DNA of 64,000 nt from Podarcis vaucheri (taxonomy: Eukaryota), in the NCBI GenBank assembly GCA_965113315.1, contig OZ220368.1, one strand, 5' to 3'. Both the position numbers and the translations under genes were made by a program. Below, one piece after another: positions 48,982 to 61,442 of this stretch. The notes below the pieces were generated by a model, which made no database searches, was not told the origin of the DNA, and was given only the letters and a program-made list of their open reading frames with translations. Within the stretch, counting starts at the first letter, position 1, and every line of letters begins with the position of its first letter.

Positions 48982-50892
48982 CTGAGATATGTAAGATGGG
49001 AGCTTGTTAGACTAGAAAACATGTTACATTATGCTACATATCTGCAACATTGGATTCCCAGCATCAAGACTCTTTGCAGTAAATGAAAATATAAAAACCA
49101 CCACTGCAATAATGGGTAGTGGGTAGACTGGGCAGAAGGAGCTCTACTGCATCCTACAGAGCTTTCAAGCCAGAATCTAACATAAAAGAAACCTTTAATC
49201 CAAACACAATAACAATGATTTTGCCATTTGGAAGATTGGTTGTGTGTGGTGTACATCTTGGAGGGGATGGCAATGCGTGCATATTGGCCAAGAGACTATA
49301 ATATTTTATTCCTAAATTTGCAACAACATTTAAGATTGTATACAGTGTAGACGAAATGAAATTAATGGACCTGAGCTAATACACTGGATCCAACCCATAG
49401 GATCTTATTTCACCCCTTTCAATATTGGAACTGGACGAGGCTGAAAGCACCTGAACATAGCCACGTAAGGTACACATTTTGACACCCCCCCCCTAAAGAA
49501 AGCAGACTCCCATCTATGTTTACTAGGCAACTAGGCATAACAAACATAACACACATCTAGTTTGGCACTTTGGATGAAGGAAGTAGGAAATATAAGGAGA
49601 AATGAAAGCTGGTTTTCTGTATCATCACTCTTAGCATAGCGCTTCCAAACTAACTGCATCCCCAACCATCTTGGGCTACTGGAAGAATGGCAGATGAAGT
49701 AGAAAATGCAATTTGCCATCCAGCAGTAGCAGAATATTACTGAGGTTTGTTTCCAAATCAACAGGCAGACAGTAGTTTACAGAATTGCATTATTCAGTGG
49801 GCCGGTCAGTGCCTGGAAAACATTGAGTGTGGGGAATATTATTGACACTGCTCACTTGTTCATAACATCATTCTTCTACTGTTAAAGAGGTCGTAGCAGT
49901 ACCCTAATTTATTTTGCAGTTCTATAGCCCAAGCTACTGTTCTTCCTTACAATTTTAGGATCTTACTTTTCTATTACATACTTAAACAAATTGCAGTACA
50001 AGGTACTCAAGTGTTTTTAAACCCTTGGCCATATATTTTCCATTGTCAACAGACTGTATTCCATCTGACTATTGGCACTTATTTTCTGTTTTTATCCTAG
50101 GTTACTGAATTGCCGTAACAGCTTTGTAAGGATTTATCATTTATGAAAGTGTTGTGAAACCCTCTGGAATGAAAGAACTGTAAGAATGTAAATTAATTAG
50201 GAGGTGGCCACTGCTCTTTTGGAGACTAGCTGAGAGGTATGCAAACACCCATCTTTTCAGTATCATTCTTATCTCTCAAACCAGATATGCCTCAGTAATG
50301 TGCATTTCAAATCTCCATTAAAAAAAAATACTGTGTGGCTTATTTGACATGCATGCAGAGCCTGCTGGGAGAGCAGGAAGTTAGAAACCTCACAACACAC
50401 CAGAATAATAATTTTTTTCTGCTGGAAATGAAAACAAGCAAGAGGATTGTTTACAAGGAAATGGAAGTACTTTGCACGTCCTATTTCTGAAATTATGGAG
50501 TGGTATGCCCCCTCCATTCTGTTGTTTGTGCACAATATACAATACCTCAGCTTTAAAGGCTAGCGTACGCTCCCAGTGCCTATTTTAGAAAGGAACAAAA
50601 GTGATACACGAAGCCGTTTTTGAAAAAAAGGGTTTCCCACAGGAATAGAAAAACCATGCCTATGTTTTTGAGACAAGGAAAAAATTACAATGAACTATGA
50701 AAATAAAGCTGAAACTGTAAAACTGCGTCGAAACACTGAACACTGAAACAGAACCAAATAATGTTCATTATTGGGTGCCACCTGCCCAATTTGTCTTTAT
50801 CCGTCTGAATTGCAAGGAGTTTTCTATAGATCTAAGTATTGTGCTCACACTTTATACTCCACCAGTTAGGGAGTTTGACGCTTCAGTAACTA

Positions 50893-51105
50893 CAGTGCTA
50901 CCTCTGGTTGTGGACAGGATCCATTCCGGAGCTCCGGTCGGATCCCGAGGAATTCACAACCAGAGGTACCTGTTCTGCGCATGCACACGGTGCGGTAGAG
51001 CGCTTCTGCACATGCGCTGAAACCCAGAAAAATACTTCCGGGTTCGCTGCATGCGTAACCCGAAGGATATGCAACCAGAGGTGTGCGTATCCAGAGGTAC
51101 CACTG
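50893..51105. mobile_element. Tc1/mariner MITE
   Basis: TA|CAGTGCTACCTCTGG...CCAGAGGTACCACTG|TA. Confidence 0.85.
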
Positions 51106-52329
51106 TATTATGTACTCTACATACTCTTGTTCAGCACTTATAACTATAAGGATGGAGGTTTCGAATTCCTGCCATCTTACTTTTCGCCTTTTCAAACTGG
51201 ATCGTCTACTCGTGTATACTATTATGTATATACAGGACTGTGTAGACAGCAAATGTTTGATAGAAGGTTTGTGAGAGACACGCTGCCATCAGGATGTAAC
51301 GAATTCTGGGCTTCAAGCAGGCCACAACAACTTTATCGGATTAGACTGCGATGGCATGCTCAAAAGCAACCCATGCAGAGATCAAACTGGTAGTTGTACA
51401 ACTGCCCTCAGCACATGCTGTTGGAGCTGGAATGGTACATGGTGCTTGCTTTTCAGCAGCTGTTGCACACAAATGGTGCTCGATTCCTTCAGTAAACTGT
51501 CTGGGGTCAAGACTGCCTGGAAAGGGCACCTTCCAATATGAAGCTCTTCTTTCTGCTCTGCAGTGGCTCCATGGTAGCAAACCCTGCATCTGCTCAGGAG
51601 CATTTTCATGTATTTGACTGCAAAATCTCCCACATTCTTCACTTATTTCAAGGTTGAGGCCTGGTTTTGTGCACAGACACCAGGACAGAGTCTGAGTATG
51701 CACTGGCACAAGTGAAACTCTCAGTCCTTGTTTTTACTAAACTAAAATTTATCTTGGGAATGAAATGCATGTTTTACCCCTTTGCCTGAGGTTTGTTACT
51801 TGACTTGTGGCAGACAGTGTGCTACCTTTCTCTTACCTACAGCACATAACACCCTAGGCCTCAGGACTAAATACTGGTGAAGCCCAAATTTGCTAAGTTT
51901 CAAATTGGAACTACATGCATTTCATTATCTGGGCCATTCCTGCACCAGTGGAAGAAAACTCACTTATAGCAGTTCGGACATTAGTTGGATTCACAAAGGA
52001 ATCACCTTATTTGCCCCATGAGATGATTCTGTGCGAAACATCTAGCTAACATGGCCTTGCAGTTACTAAGGCATGTGAGGAAAGGGAAATTGGCAGAGGT
52101 GAAGACAAAGATGCAATGAAACCTTCTTTTGGCTGCTGTGCACCACATTCATTTAAAAACAAACACTGTCATTTCAGGTAAAATAAAAACAAAAACTAGT
52201 ACTTCAAAATGTTACAACCCTCTATAACCCCTGCTAAAAGGAGATAGTAAAATCAAAAAAGAAATGCAAGAAAGAAAGATGCAAGGGTAAGGGGGGAACC
52301 CCATTAATACTGCATAATAATAGACTTAC

Positions 52330-52546
52330 TTGCTTGGAGTTTTGTGCTATTGTTTGTATTTCGTATCAGCTGAAATGCTTTTTGAAATCCTGCCGCATGC
52401 TGGGTAGGGCTGTCAGATGACTTTATATTGCTAACGAAGGTGGACATTTTCCTTTTTGTCTCGCTGGTGGCAGGAGACAGAAATGTCTTATAGCACTGAT
52501 CCAAGGAACAGGTTCTCACTGTGTCTGCCACGGTTAACACAGAGAT
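52330..52546 (-). CDS. CACHD1: CACHD1 exon 7 (VWA): ISVLTVADTVRTCSLDQCYKTFLSPATSETKRKMSTFVSNIKSSDSPTQHAAGFQKAFQLIRNTNNSTKLQA
   Basis: CTTAAG acceptor, GTAAGT donor, 217 nt, phase 0-1. Confidence 0.95.
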
Positions 52547-53440
52547 CTTAAGAGAGAGAAATACATATATTGGATTACCGTACCGTTTAGAATTCTTTAT
52601 GTGCCATATTATAGCACACCCCATGATAAGCCAACAGAAAAGTCTATGTGGGTTTAAGATTCAATTGTCTAAGAAAAGAACACTTGAGGGATAAATCTGT
52701 CAAACCTGAAAAGGGTTAGACTTGTGTGTGAGAGAGATTTTGGGCTTTGTTTTGCGAAGGAATTATGACAGTCTCTGCTCATAGGTAAACCTTGCAGTTT
52801 CTGCCCATACGTAAACCTGCTGAGCTTCTAGACTACCAGTAATGGGAATTAGGGCTACACCACCATAGGATTTGAAGGAGAAAGGGATGTTATTGCCAAG
52901 TATGAGACAACAGGAAGGCTAGGGTCCTAACAAAACCACGTTTATGAGTCTTCTGAATAACCTGTGTGGGAACTACCACATTTGAAGTAGCCACAGAAGG
53001 AAGTTTTACTGAAGACTCGTCTCTCCCCACCCCCACCCCCCTCCCTCCACAATATATTGCCAGCTGAGGTCCCCAAATTTGCAAACCACAGCGAACATCC
53101 CTGTTCTATTGCACGGATCACTTGAGAAGCAGAGTATTATATGTAAAATAGTTGCCCCATGCTCATCCTCTTCTTCTCCTGCGAAAATGCTGGGCTTCAG
53201 ATGATCAGAGCACACTTGAAGCCAAGAATCACACGGAGAAAAAAAATCCTGAATTTCTTCAAGGCTAGAAAACTGGGGTGCACCAGCACCAGGCTTTAGG
53301 GGCACTCTAAGCCTGCCTAAAGCTATGACTGGGGGAAGTGCAGTACTGACACACTGGGCCTTGGAGGCACCCCCCCCCCACAAACAAAAATGAATATTTA
53401 AAACCAGAACATGTCACTTATCTTGCAAGAGTTAACTCAC

Positions 53441-53585
53441 TTTATCATGTTCATCTATTGAGTTGAGAATAACCTGGGATGCATCCTTAGCAATTTGGAG
53501 CTGTGTCTCTGTAACGGAAGCCCCGTGGTCCACAATGACAACTATGTGTTTAGACTGAGGTCTAACTGTAGAGACGTAGACAGGC
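53441..53585 (-). CDS. CACHD1: CACHD1 exon 6 (VWA start): PVYVSTVRPQSKHIVVIVDHGASVTETQLQIAKDASQVILNSIDEHDK
   Basis: TTTCAG acceptor, GTGAGT donor, 145 nt, phase 2-0. Confidence 0.95.
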
Positions 53586-53673
53586 CTGAAATTGAAAAAG
53601 AAGTCAGGAAGCTGCACAGAAGCTTTGAAGAAAACTGAAGGAGAATTCATTGGAAGGCACTCCTTGGTACTGT

Positions 53674-53850
53674 AAATATTTATCTATTTATTGCATTTAC
53701 ACCCCCTCCCCCTCCCAAGGAGCTCTCAAGGTGGTGTACATGTTTCTTCCTTTCCTCATTTAATCCGCGCAACAACCCTGTGAGGTAGGTTAGGCTGAGA
53801 GGCAGTGAACCCTGGTTTCCCAAGTCCTAGTCCCAACATTCTAACACTGT
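53674..53850 (-). mobile_element. MIR/CORE-like squamate SINE, degraded
   Basis: CAACAACCCTGTGAGGTAGGTTAGGCTGAGAG core motif and (TTTA)-rich tail; related fragments near 26925 and 32040. Confidence 0.55.
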
Positions 53851-56210
53851 GCAAAGAACTGCAAAAGGCACCATATTAAAGAGCTCTTAGACAATGATTT
53901 GAACATGTTTTGAGAGCTGATACGGATGCTATCTTTACTTCTTTCATCTGCTTATTTTTGGTTGAGCAAATCCCAGTTTAGCGGCTGACTTGTTTGGCAG
54001 CCTTGGGCAAAATTCTCCCCAAATATTTATAAACACTGGAATAACAGTGACCTTGCCTGATGAGACTTTTGAGAGGACAAACCATGATAAAGATTTCAAG
54101 CATTAAAAGTGAATTAGCTTCCCCAGAGAGTCTGCTGTGCAACTGTGTGAATGGTACACAAACAGTGTGTGCAAGTCTAATTCTCGAATGCAACAGGAAA
54201 AATTATACTGGGTTATCTGAGTAAGCCTTAGGTATCCAATTTTAAATCCATCATTTAGTAATAGTCCAACCAATTATGATGTTTACATCATGCAGAACTT
54301 GTTTCAACAAAGAATCCCTGTTTTGCACTGAAAGCATGAGGTCTGAACCGGTTTACATCCATATCAGCTGATGCAGTGACTGCTAAGCAGCTGGAGAAAT
54401 TATTACAGCACAGTATAGCTAGCATGTAGGGGAAAACGCAAACTGTGTAAAATTGCATTAGTGCATTAGGCTTGGGTTTATGATCATCAGACAAAGTCTC
54501 TTGCCATGATAGTCTTTCCTATTAATGCCCTAGAATGTAATTCATTCATAAAGGTCAATAATCTGCAATACTTTCTTATCTCTGCATACTATTAAAAGGA
54601 AGTCTTTGTCAGGTCTATTAAGGGAGCGGAGTATCTGCATGTTGAGAAGGGTTTGACTAAAACAAGGTTGTTGTTTTTTCCACTGAGGTTTGAAAATCTT
54701 GACAAAGGAATCCCGACAAAGGAAATTAAAAAGACAAAACAGGAACATACACACCCTGTTCCACCTCTCAGTTTGTCAAGACCAAAGACTCTCTGGCATA
54801 AACAAAAGATCTTTGTGTCTAAATATTACTATATCAAAGACTCCCAGATAATTCTTATTACAGGAAAAAGGAATTCAGGAAAATAGTCTATAAGATTATA
54901 CTTGTTGGCATCATCAGCTCTTAATATTAAAACAACCTACAGCCATACACTGGTACAGCATTAACATCTAGGATCTTTAAAACACATAGTGGACATGCAA
55001 AGCTTACATGCAAAGGAAATTCTGACAAACATCCATTCAAATGAGTGGAATAAAAATTCCACAAATACATGCCTCGTTTAATCACTGATACTTCTGAAGC
55101 AGCTCTGCAAATTACCTTTCTATTAATGGGACAAACCTATCTAAGAGGTAATTTGTAGTCTCATAGAACTACAATTCCCAGAATTCATGTGATAAAGCAA
55201 TAAAAGAGGCAAATTTTAAAACCACTGGAATGTCAAGTGAAGTTTGCAACCATGGCAAGAACACTGAGACAGAAAAAAGAGCAGGGTCTAGGTGGGCCAC
55301 TTGGCTTGATCCAGCTCCATTCTTCTGTTCATATTGGTTACTTTTCTTCCCAATAAACTTTTATTACATCCTTGCACATGGAACACAAGGAACCTGTTTC
55401 TGCACGTAGATAGGTTTTGCTGGATCAGGGCATTTGACTGCTGACAGACTTCTTAATCTAGAAATTGTCTTCAGTCCCTTCCAGCATTTGCAATTGAATA
55501 CTTCCTCACTCATTCAACTTTAATTGAATAATGGAACTTCACTTGCCACACCTTTCTGGTTTGGCAGCAGCCTATTAAGCTTCTGCTATATAGCAATTTC
55601 AAAGTATGAGAGTGTTGTGTGTAGCAAGGAGATAACCATCCTTTCTGGAAAGCTCTTTCAGCCTTCTTGATTTTAATACTTCTTGGAGAAAGCTCTGTTA
55701 ATATTTTAGAGTGAGATTTTTATTTTTATTTTTTAAGTGAAGATGTTAATGGGGAATGGTTCAAAAGACTGAACTATCATGTTGGCAATTGGGATTAAGT
55801 ATACCAGTAAACTGTTTAGCTCACTGTGAAATAGCCATATGATTGCTTCACAAGCAACCAGCATGTGTCACCCTATTTGAAATCTTCAGTTCCACTGCAG
55901 AGCTGCAGTCAGCTGAGCATTGGCACACTGAATGTCTGTTGAGCTAGAGTTTGAGCACCTGAGGCAGTAATCATGCTACAACTTCACCATGTGCTGAAAC
56001 CCACTTAAAATCCATATTTTCATCATGCCTGTTTGAGTGTATTAAAAGTTCACCGGGTGTGGTCAGATTATTATATTACCATCCTTACTGATATAACATT
56101 CATAATGGAGGGCAGCCTACAAATTATATCGAATAAAATCACCCATGATATATTTTCTGTTCAGATTTTGTTTTTGTTTTTTAATTTAAAAAAAATCAAT
56201 AAAACCGTAC

Positions 56211-56337
56211 CTGCTGCGATGCTCGTAATTGCCCTTACATCGAAATTTGTGAGCTGGAAACACAGTAAAAATGCCTTCTTCTGAACTAAAGTATTGCCAT
56301 TTTATTCCTGGGTTGGACTTCAGATTGTCAGCAAGTA
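56211..56337 (-). CDS. CACHD1: CACHD1 exon 5: VLADNLKSNPGIKWQYFSSEEGIFTVFPAHKFRCKGNYEHRS; exons 1-4 lie beyond the window
   Basis: AAATAG acceptor after a polypyrimidine tract, GTACGG donor, 127 nt, phase 1-2. Confidence 0.94.
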
Positions 56338-57519
56338 CTATTTTTAAAAAAAAGAGAAGGTGAATGAATGGTATTATAATCAGAAGAATGTTTTAAAATA
56401 ACAGGTTAATTGTTTCTTTAAAGTAACATTAATGCGACTGAAATCAAAAGAGAATGTTTTTTACAGAGTATAAAATTGTAAGAATGCCCACTATCAACGC
56501 TCTACTGTATTTTCATTTTTTAACCAACATGTTTTCGGACACCTCCCCCCAAACCAGACATTTTTCACTCCTAACACTTTAGGCAAATTTAGGCAAGGCT
56601 ACATGCCACCCTCAATTCTGCAATGTGTCCACAAACCAGCAAAGTAAGCATCCCAGGCATTGTCTCAGACCTATGGTACTGGTTGAGATGAATAGCTGTG
56701 GAAGTGTTTGCAACGTCGGTTTTTTGTTACCGGCCAGGAAACCTTTGAGCCAAAGGGTAAAATATGATATATATTTTTCCTGAACGAAATAGCCTTGGTG
56801 GACTGTATACAGTAAATTCGCCTTACATTGTATATACCGCTACAATAGGATTTCTACATGTGGACTAACCGTGAAGCTGTGCTATAGTAAAATAAGTGAA
56901 ACATTAGAACTTAATAAACATTTCAAGGCAAATAGCCAAAAACAAATGTAGAAGTCAATGGTGATCCTACATAAGGAAGGGTCCCTTGGTCGGTCCCCAC
57001 AAAAGCTTTCCGGAGCTGGGTAGCAGTTCAGCTTTTGAATGGGAGCCAAGCTCTGCTCCTTTCAGTGGTGGCCACCCACCATTTATGCTACCTCAGCCCC
57101 ACAGAGCTATGAAATCTATAGTCCAGGTAGAACTACAGACCTATTGACTTTGAGTAATTTAAGATGGCGGGCAGTCAGCATGGATGAGAGCAAAGCTTAA
57201 CATCCATTCAAATGTCCCACCACCCATCCACCACTGAAGCTGTCTAGGAGCCCAGAGAAGTGTGGTAACTAGTGCCAAAGTCGAAGCAGCAACAGCATAT
57301 TGCCCTAGTTGGGAGAAGGCCCTGCCCCCAAGGCCTGGTTCCAGCCCTGTCTTCCTGCCAGAACTCTCCAAAGGTGCTCATGACATCCTCCTTGGTCTGG
57401 CTCAGCAGACTCATTCCTGACCACTGACCATGCTGGTGATGGGAACTGGAATCTAACAATATCTTCTGGAAAGCCACAAGTTCCCCATCTCTGGTACAGA
57501 AGAAACATGGCTGACTGAA

Positions 57520-57589
57520 ACCCTGACCAGAAGTTCTCTCCTGGTGTTTTTCGGACCCTGACCAGAAGTTCTCTCCTGGTGTTTTTCGG
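57520..57589. repeat. Perfect 35-bp tandem duplication
   Basis: ACCCTGACCAGAAGTTCTCTCCTGGTGTTTTTCGG x2. Confidence 0.92.
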
Positions 57590-57796
57590 GTGGGTGGGGT
57601 AAAGTTGTGAAGATATGCTGCAACGTTTTGTAGCAGGTCCCATTCCTTCACACTGTTTCCATGCTTCCCAGCACATGCAAGCCTCACTTAACCCATGATA
57701 TAATGAGATTTCACTGTAAACTCAACTTGTTCTATTCCACTGAGTTAATTATATCATTTTAAGAGCGTGTTTACAACAATACATATTTTCACTGTA

Positions 57797-58120
57797 CAGT
57801 GGTGCCCCGCAAGACAAATGCCTCGCAAGACGGAAAACTCGCTAGACGAAAGAGTTTTCCGTTTTGGAGGTGCTTCGCAAAACGAATCTCCTATGGGCTT
57901 GCTTCGCAAGACGAAAATGTCTTGCGAGTTCCTGCGGGGGTTTTTTCCTCCCCCCCCCTTTCTAAGCCGCTAAGCCGCTTATCAGCTGATCCACTAAGCC
58001 GATAAGCCGCTAATAGCGCTAATCCGCTAATCCATCAATGGGCTTGCTTCGCAAGACAAAAAAACCGCTAGACGAAGAGAATCACAGAACGGATTCTTTT
58101 CGTCTTGCGAGGCACCACTG
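57797..58120. mobile_element. Tc1/mariner MITE with internal TAAGCCGC repeats
   Basis: TA|CAGTGGTGCCCCGCAAGAC...GTCTTGCGAGGCACCACTG|TA; same family as 60955-61269. Confidence 0.88.
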
Positions 58121-60806
58121 TATGACGCTTCTCTTCCTTTTCCTTCCTCTGCCACATTTTAACAGTTACCATGCTTGTTCTTTCCCTGAACACAAATCTT
58201 TCCCCAAAATTCACATTTTCTACGAAGGCAAACTTCCCTGCTCTAAGTAACTGGTTTTATTTCATGACTGTGAGCCTCAGCTTCAAACAATCCACAAATA
58301 CTAAATGCTCTTTCTTATATAGAATAAAAAAAGTCTTAATATTAGATAAGCCTGTGTAGTATGAAGAGAATAGTACTAATACGGTGCAGATACCAGGACT
58401 CCCCACCACGACTCCATTCAAAGCGCCTTCACAAACGCACAGATGAGGCAGGATTGTTCTCATCTTACAAATATGGAGCTGTGTGCAGAGAAATGCAGTA
58501 ACTTATCCAAAAGCTCAAAGTGAGTGAAGCAGCCAAGCAAGTAATATAAGCCTTGGGGAATTTGCTCCTAGCTGCAAGTTCAAGTTACTAGACTATGCTC
58601 ACTTACTCTCCCAGACTGCACTTTCTTAATTATTCAAATAGACAGCTTTTCAAGTGCAGATTTTTAATTTATGGAGTGAGACTTGAAATTTTAAGGCGGT
58701 ATTTAAGCTTGGAGAAGAAACAGCTGTTAGACACATTTTACCAAATAAGTCAGAACACCAGCTCTATGTCAGCTCCTTATGCTAAATTACATTTTTGGGG
58801 ATTTATATTTTTATTTTTATTTTTAAGAAAAAACTGATTGGGAGAGAAACAGGAGAACTGCAGTACACCCCTGATAAGGCTGTTCCCAGCTAAACCTAAA
58901 CAAGCAAATCTACCAAAACAAAGTTAACATTACTGAATAGACTTTTTTTTTTAAGGGATAATGTACCAAGCGTCCTCAAATACAAATATCTCAAATGAAT
59001 CCTGCAAACTCCAGGTGCCAGTTTTCAAAATGCAAATATAAAAATATAAAAACATAGGAACAATGATCTAGAGCTACACATATGCCCTGAAGGCTCTGAA
59101 AGCTTTTATTATCTGTTGAGCAGTGGATGGGCATTGTTAAAGCTAACAGTAAGCAATGGACCAGTTTTTTTTGGTCTGGTATCAGGCTTCCAAAGGGGAA
59201 CCACACAAGTGATCTTGACTGCTAGATGAGAACAGCAGGAGGCCAATATATAGCACCATCTCAATCATACAGTTCCAGGGCAGAAAGAAATCTGGGTTAG
59301 TAGCTGCATTGTGCAGCCAATTCTGAAACTCTACATGACATCATTTGATGCTTCCTAGGCATTGTATTCAATGCAGTGCTAAGGAGGATGTTCCATGAGC
59401 TCAATGATATCTCATAGTGCTGTGGAACATTCTCCCCCTCTGCTCCCTCCTAAATTTGTTCTGGGGGTTCCCCCACCTTCCAAAGCAGATTGACTACTAT
59501 TGACTAATATGCAACGTAAACTATTAAGACTCATTTTTGCAAGTCAGCAGCCAGCTGAGAGCAAAACAGCTGACAGCATTGCCCTGGCACCTTACTCCCT
59601 GGACCACCACAGAGAGAGTTGCTGGCTGATTCTCTCTGCACAGCAGCTGGAAGGTATTCTGCAACTTGATGGCCCAGCTGGATCAGGGGATCTGGGCAAT
59701 CAAAGGAGCCCTGCTGGCCTTGCCCAATTGCTGACTCAGGATTTGCTCCCAACATTTAAGAAACCTGTCTGCTGGAGTAATTGCTCTGTGCTGAGCCTTG
59801 CCAGCAGATTTATCTTGCTGAAACCTTTTCACCACTCACTCACCAGCTTCCTGGCTGCCAGGCCAGCCAGGCACCAGCCCTGGTCATTAAGCGCGTAAAC
59901 ACAGGTTTTGCTCCCCAATACACCATAACATTTATTTACTAAGGGAGAGCACAGGGAGAAAGCTTCATTTGTGAACATTTGCCAGCTGTGAAAAGCACCT
60001 CACCTTTCAGTGAATTTTGAGGAAGTGGAAACGGGTGAAAATATTTTGTCCATTCAGAATGAGGGCAGGAAGCATTGCCCTCAATTGGAATTGGTTTTGT
60101 GGTAGTAACATGTAATCACATATATCATATGTGCATCATGTAATCACATATATCACATATATGTAATCACCATGATGCTACCAAGCTGATTATGTGATCC
60201 AGTTTCTGGAATAATGTATGCAAAAAGCCATGAGAAAAAACTCCTGCTGATTTGGGAAGAAATAGCAGAACAAGGGCAAACACAGCTAAGCAATCTGGGA
60301 TTTCAGGAGATATTTCAGGTACCAGAGGGATATTTTTTGCAGTAGAAATGCGAACATTCAATCCAGCTCTGATTATCAAAGCCAAGTAAACCTTTTGGTA
60401 CATGTGGGTCAGCTCCATCTGCTCTGATTGACACGAGCTCTACAGGGCCTCCACAAAGGTCCTTCTCAGTTCTGCTATCTGAACACCTTCATAATTGGAG
60501 ATGCCAAGAGATTGAATCAGGAACCGTACTCAATTCACTGCACTATGGAACTGCTTTAAATTAATAGACATGAAGCCAGGGTACATGTGCACAGTAGTCG
60601 CCATGCTCCCAACTTTAGGATTAAAGCACAAACATTGAAAAAAAACTATGAAAATTAGGGAAGAACTGAGGCCCACATTACTATTGTCAGACACACAAAC
60701 AATACTCCCAATTTGCACTTCAGCAAACAATCTGGGCAGAGAAAAGATGCAGTCATGAATAAAGTATCTTGCAGGCAAGAGAACAAATTGAAACTCTCCC
60801 CTAAGG

Positions 60807-60929
60807 TAAGGTTGCCAGATTTTTTTCAATGAATCCGGGGACACTTTTCAACTTCAATGGATTTTGTATGGGGACTGATTTGTAAATCTGGGGACTGTCC
60901 CCGGGAAACGGGGATGTCTGGTAACCTTA
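60807..60929. mobile_element. hAT MITE (123 bp)
   Basis: TIR TAAGGTTGCCAGA / TCTGGTAACCTTA; perfect 8-bp TSD CCCTAAGG (60799-60806, 60930-60937). Confidence 0.85.
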
Positions 60930-60954
60930 CCCTAAGGGTCACCAGATTCACATA

Positions 60955-61269
60955 CAGTGGTACCTCGCAAGACGAATGCCTCGCAAGACGAAAAACGCGC
61001 AAGACGAAAGAGTTTTCCGTTTTTTGAGTCATTCCGCAAGACGAATTTCCCTATGGGCTTGCTTCGCAAGACGAAACGTCTTGCGAGTTCTTGCGAGTTT
61101 GTTTCCTTTTTCTTAAAGCCGCTAAGCCGTTAATAGCCGCTAAGTCGTTAATAGCCGCTAAGCCGTTAATAGTCGCTAAGCCACTAATAGCCGTGCTTCG
61201 CAAGACGAAAAAACCGCAAGACGAAGAGACTCGCTGAACGGATTAATTTCATCTTGCGAGGCACCACTG
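60955..61269. mobile_element. Tc1/mariner MITE with an internal 18-bp tandem array
   Basis: TA|CAGTGGTACCTCGCAAGACGAA...TTCATCTTGCGAGGCACCACTG|TA. Confidence 0.88.
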
Positions 61270-61271
61270 TA

Positions 61272-61442
61272 CTGTATTGGCCCGAATATAAGCCGCACCT
61301 GAAAAATTGGAGGGGGGGAAAGAAAAGAAAAATACCTGAATATAACTTGTCCTGGGTGCATACCATAAGGTCGTGGATATAAGCTGCAATTTCACAGTTG
61401 ACATTTGTGGGGAAAGTGTGGCTTATATTCAGGTCAATACGG
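61272..61442. mobile_element. Tc2/pogo-like MITE
   Basis: 27-bp TIRs C(T/C)GTATTG(G/A)CC(C/T)GAATATAAGCC(G/A)CAC; TA flanks, the left TA shared with the preceding MITE. Confidence 0.85.

Noticed and set aside
50890-51393. 120-161 aa ORFs
   Set aside because: They run through a non-coding MITE and show no transposase motifs.
53006-53383. 125-aa intronic ORF / possible cryptic exon in intron 6
   Set aside because: No ATG start, no homology, no convincing donor; exons 6 and 7 already join in frame.
13821-56210. U12-type (minor) introns in CACHD1
   Set aside because: All visible donors are U2-type GT; none matches RTATCCTT.
57244-57687. ORFs with the repeated peptide TPGENFWSG
   Set aside because: Produced by the 35-bp tandem duplication and repeat debris.
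60109-60170. ATGTAATCACATAT short repeats
   Set aside because: Ordinary AT-rich slippage duplication with no further structure.
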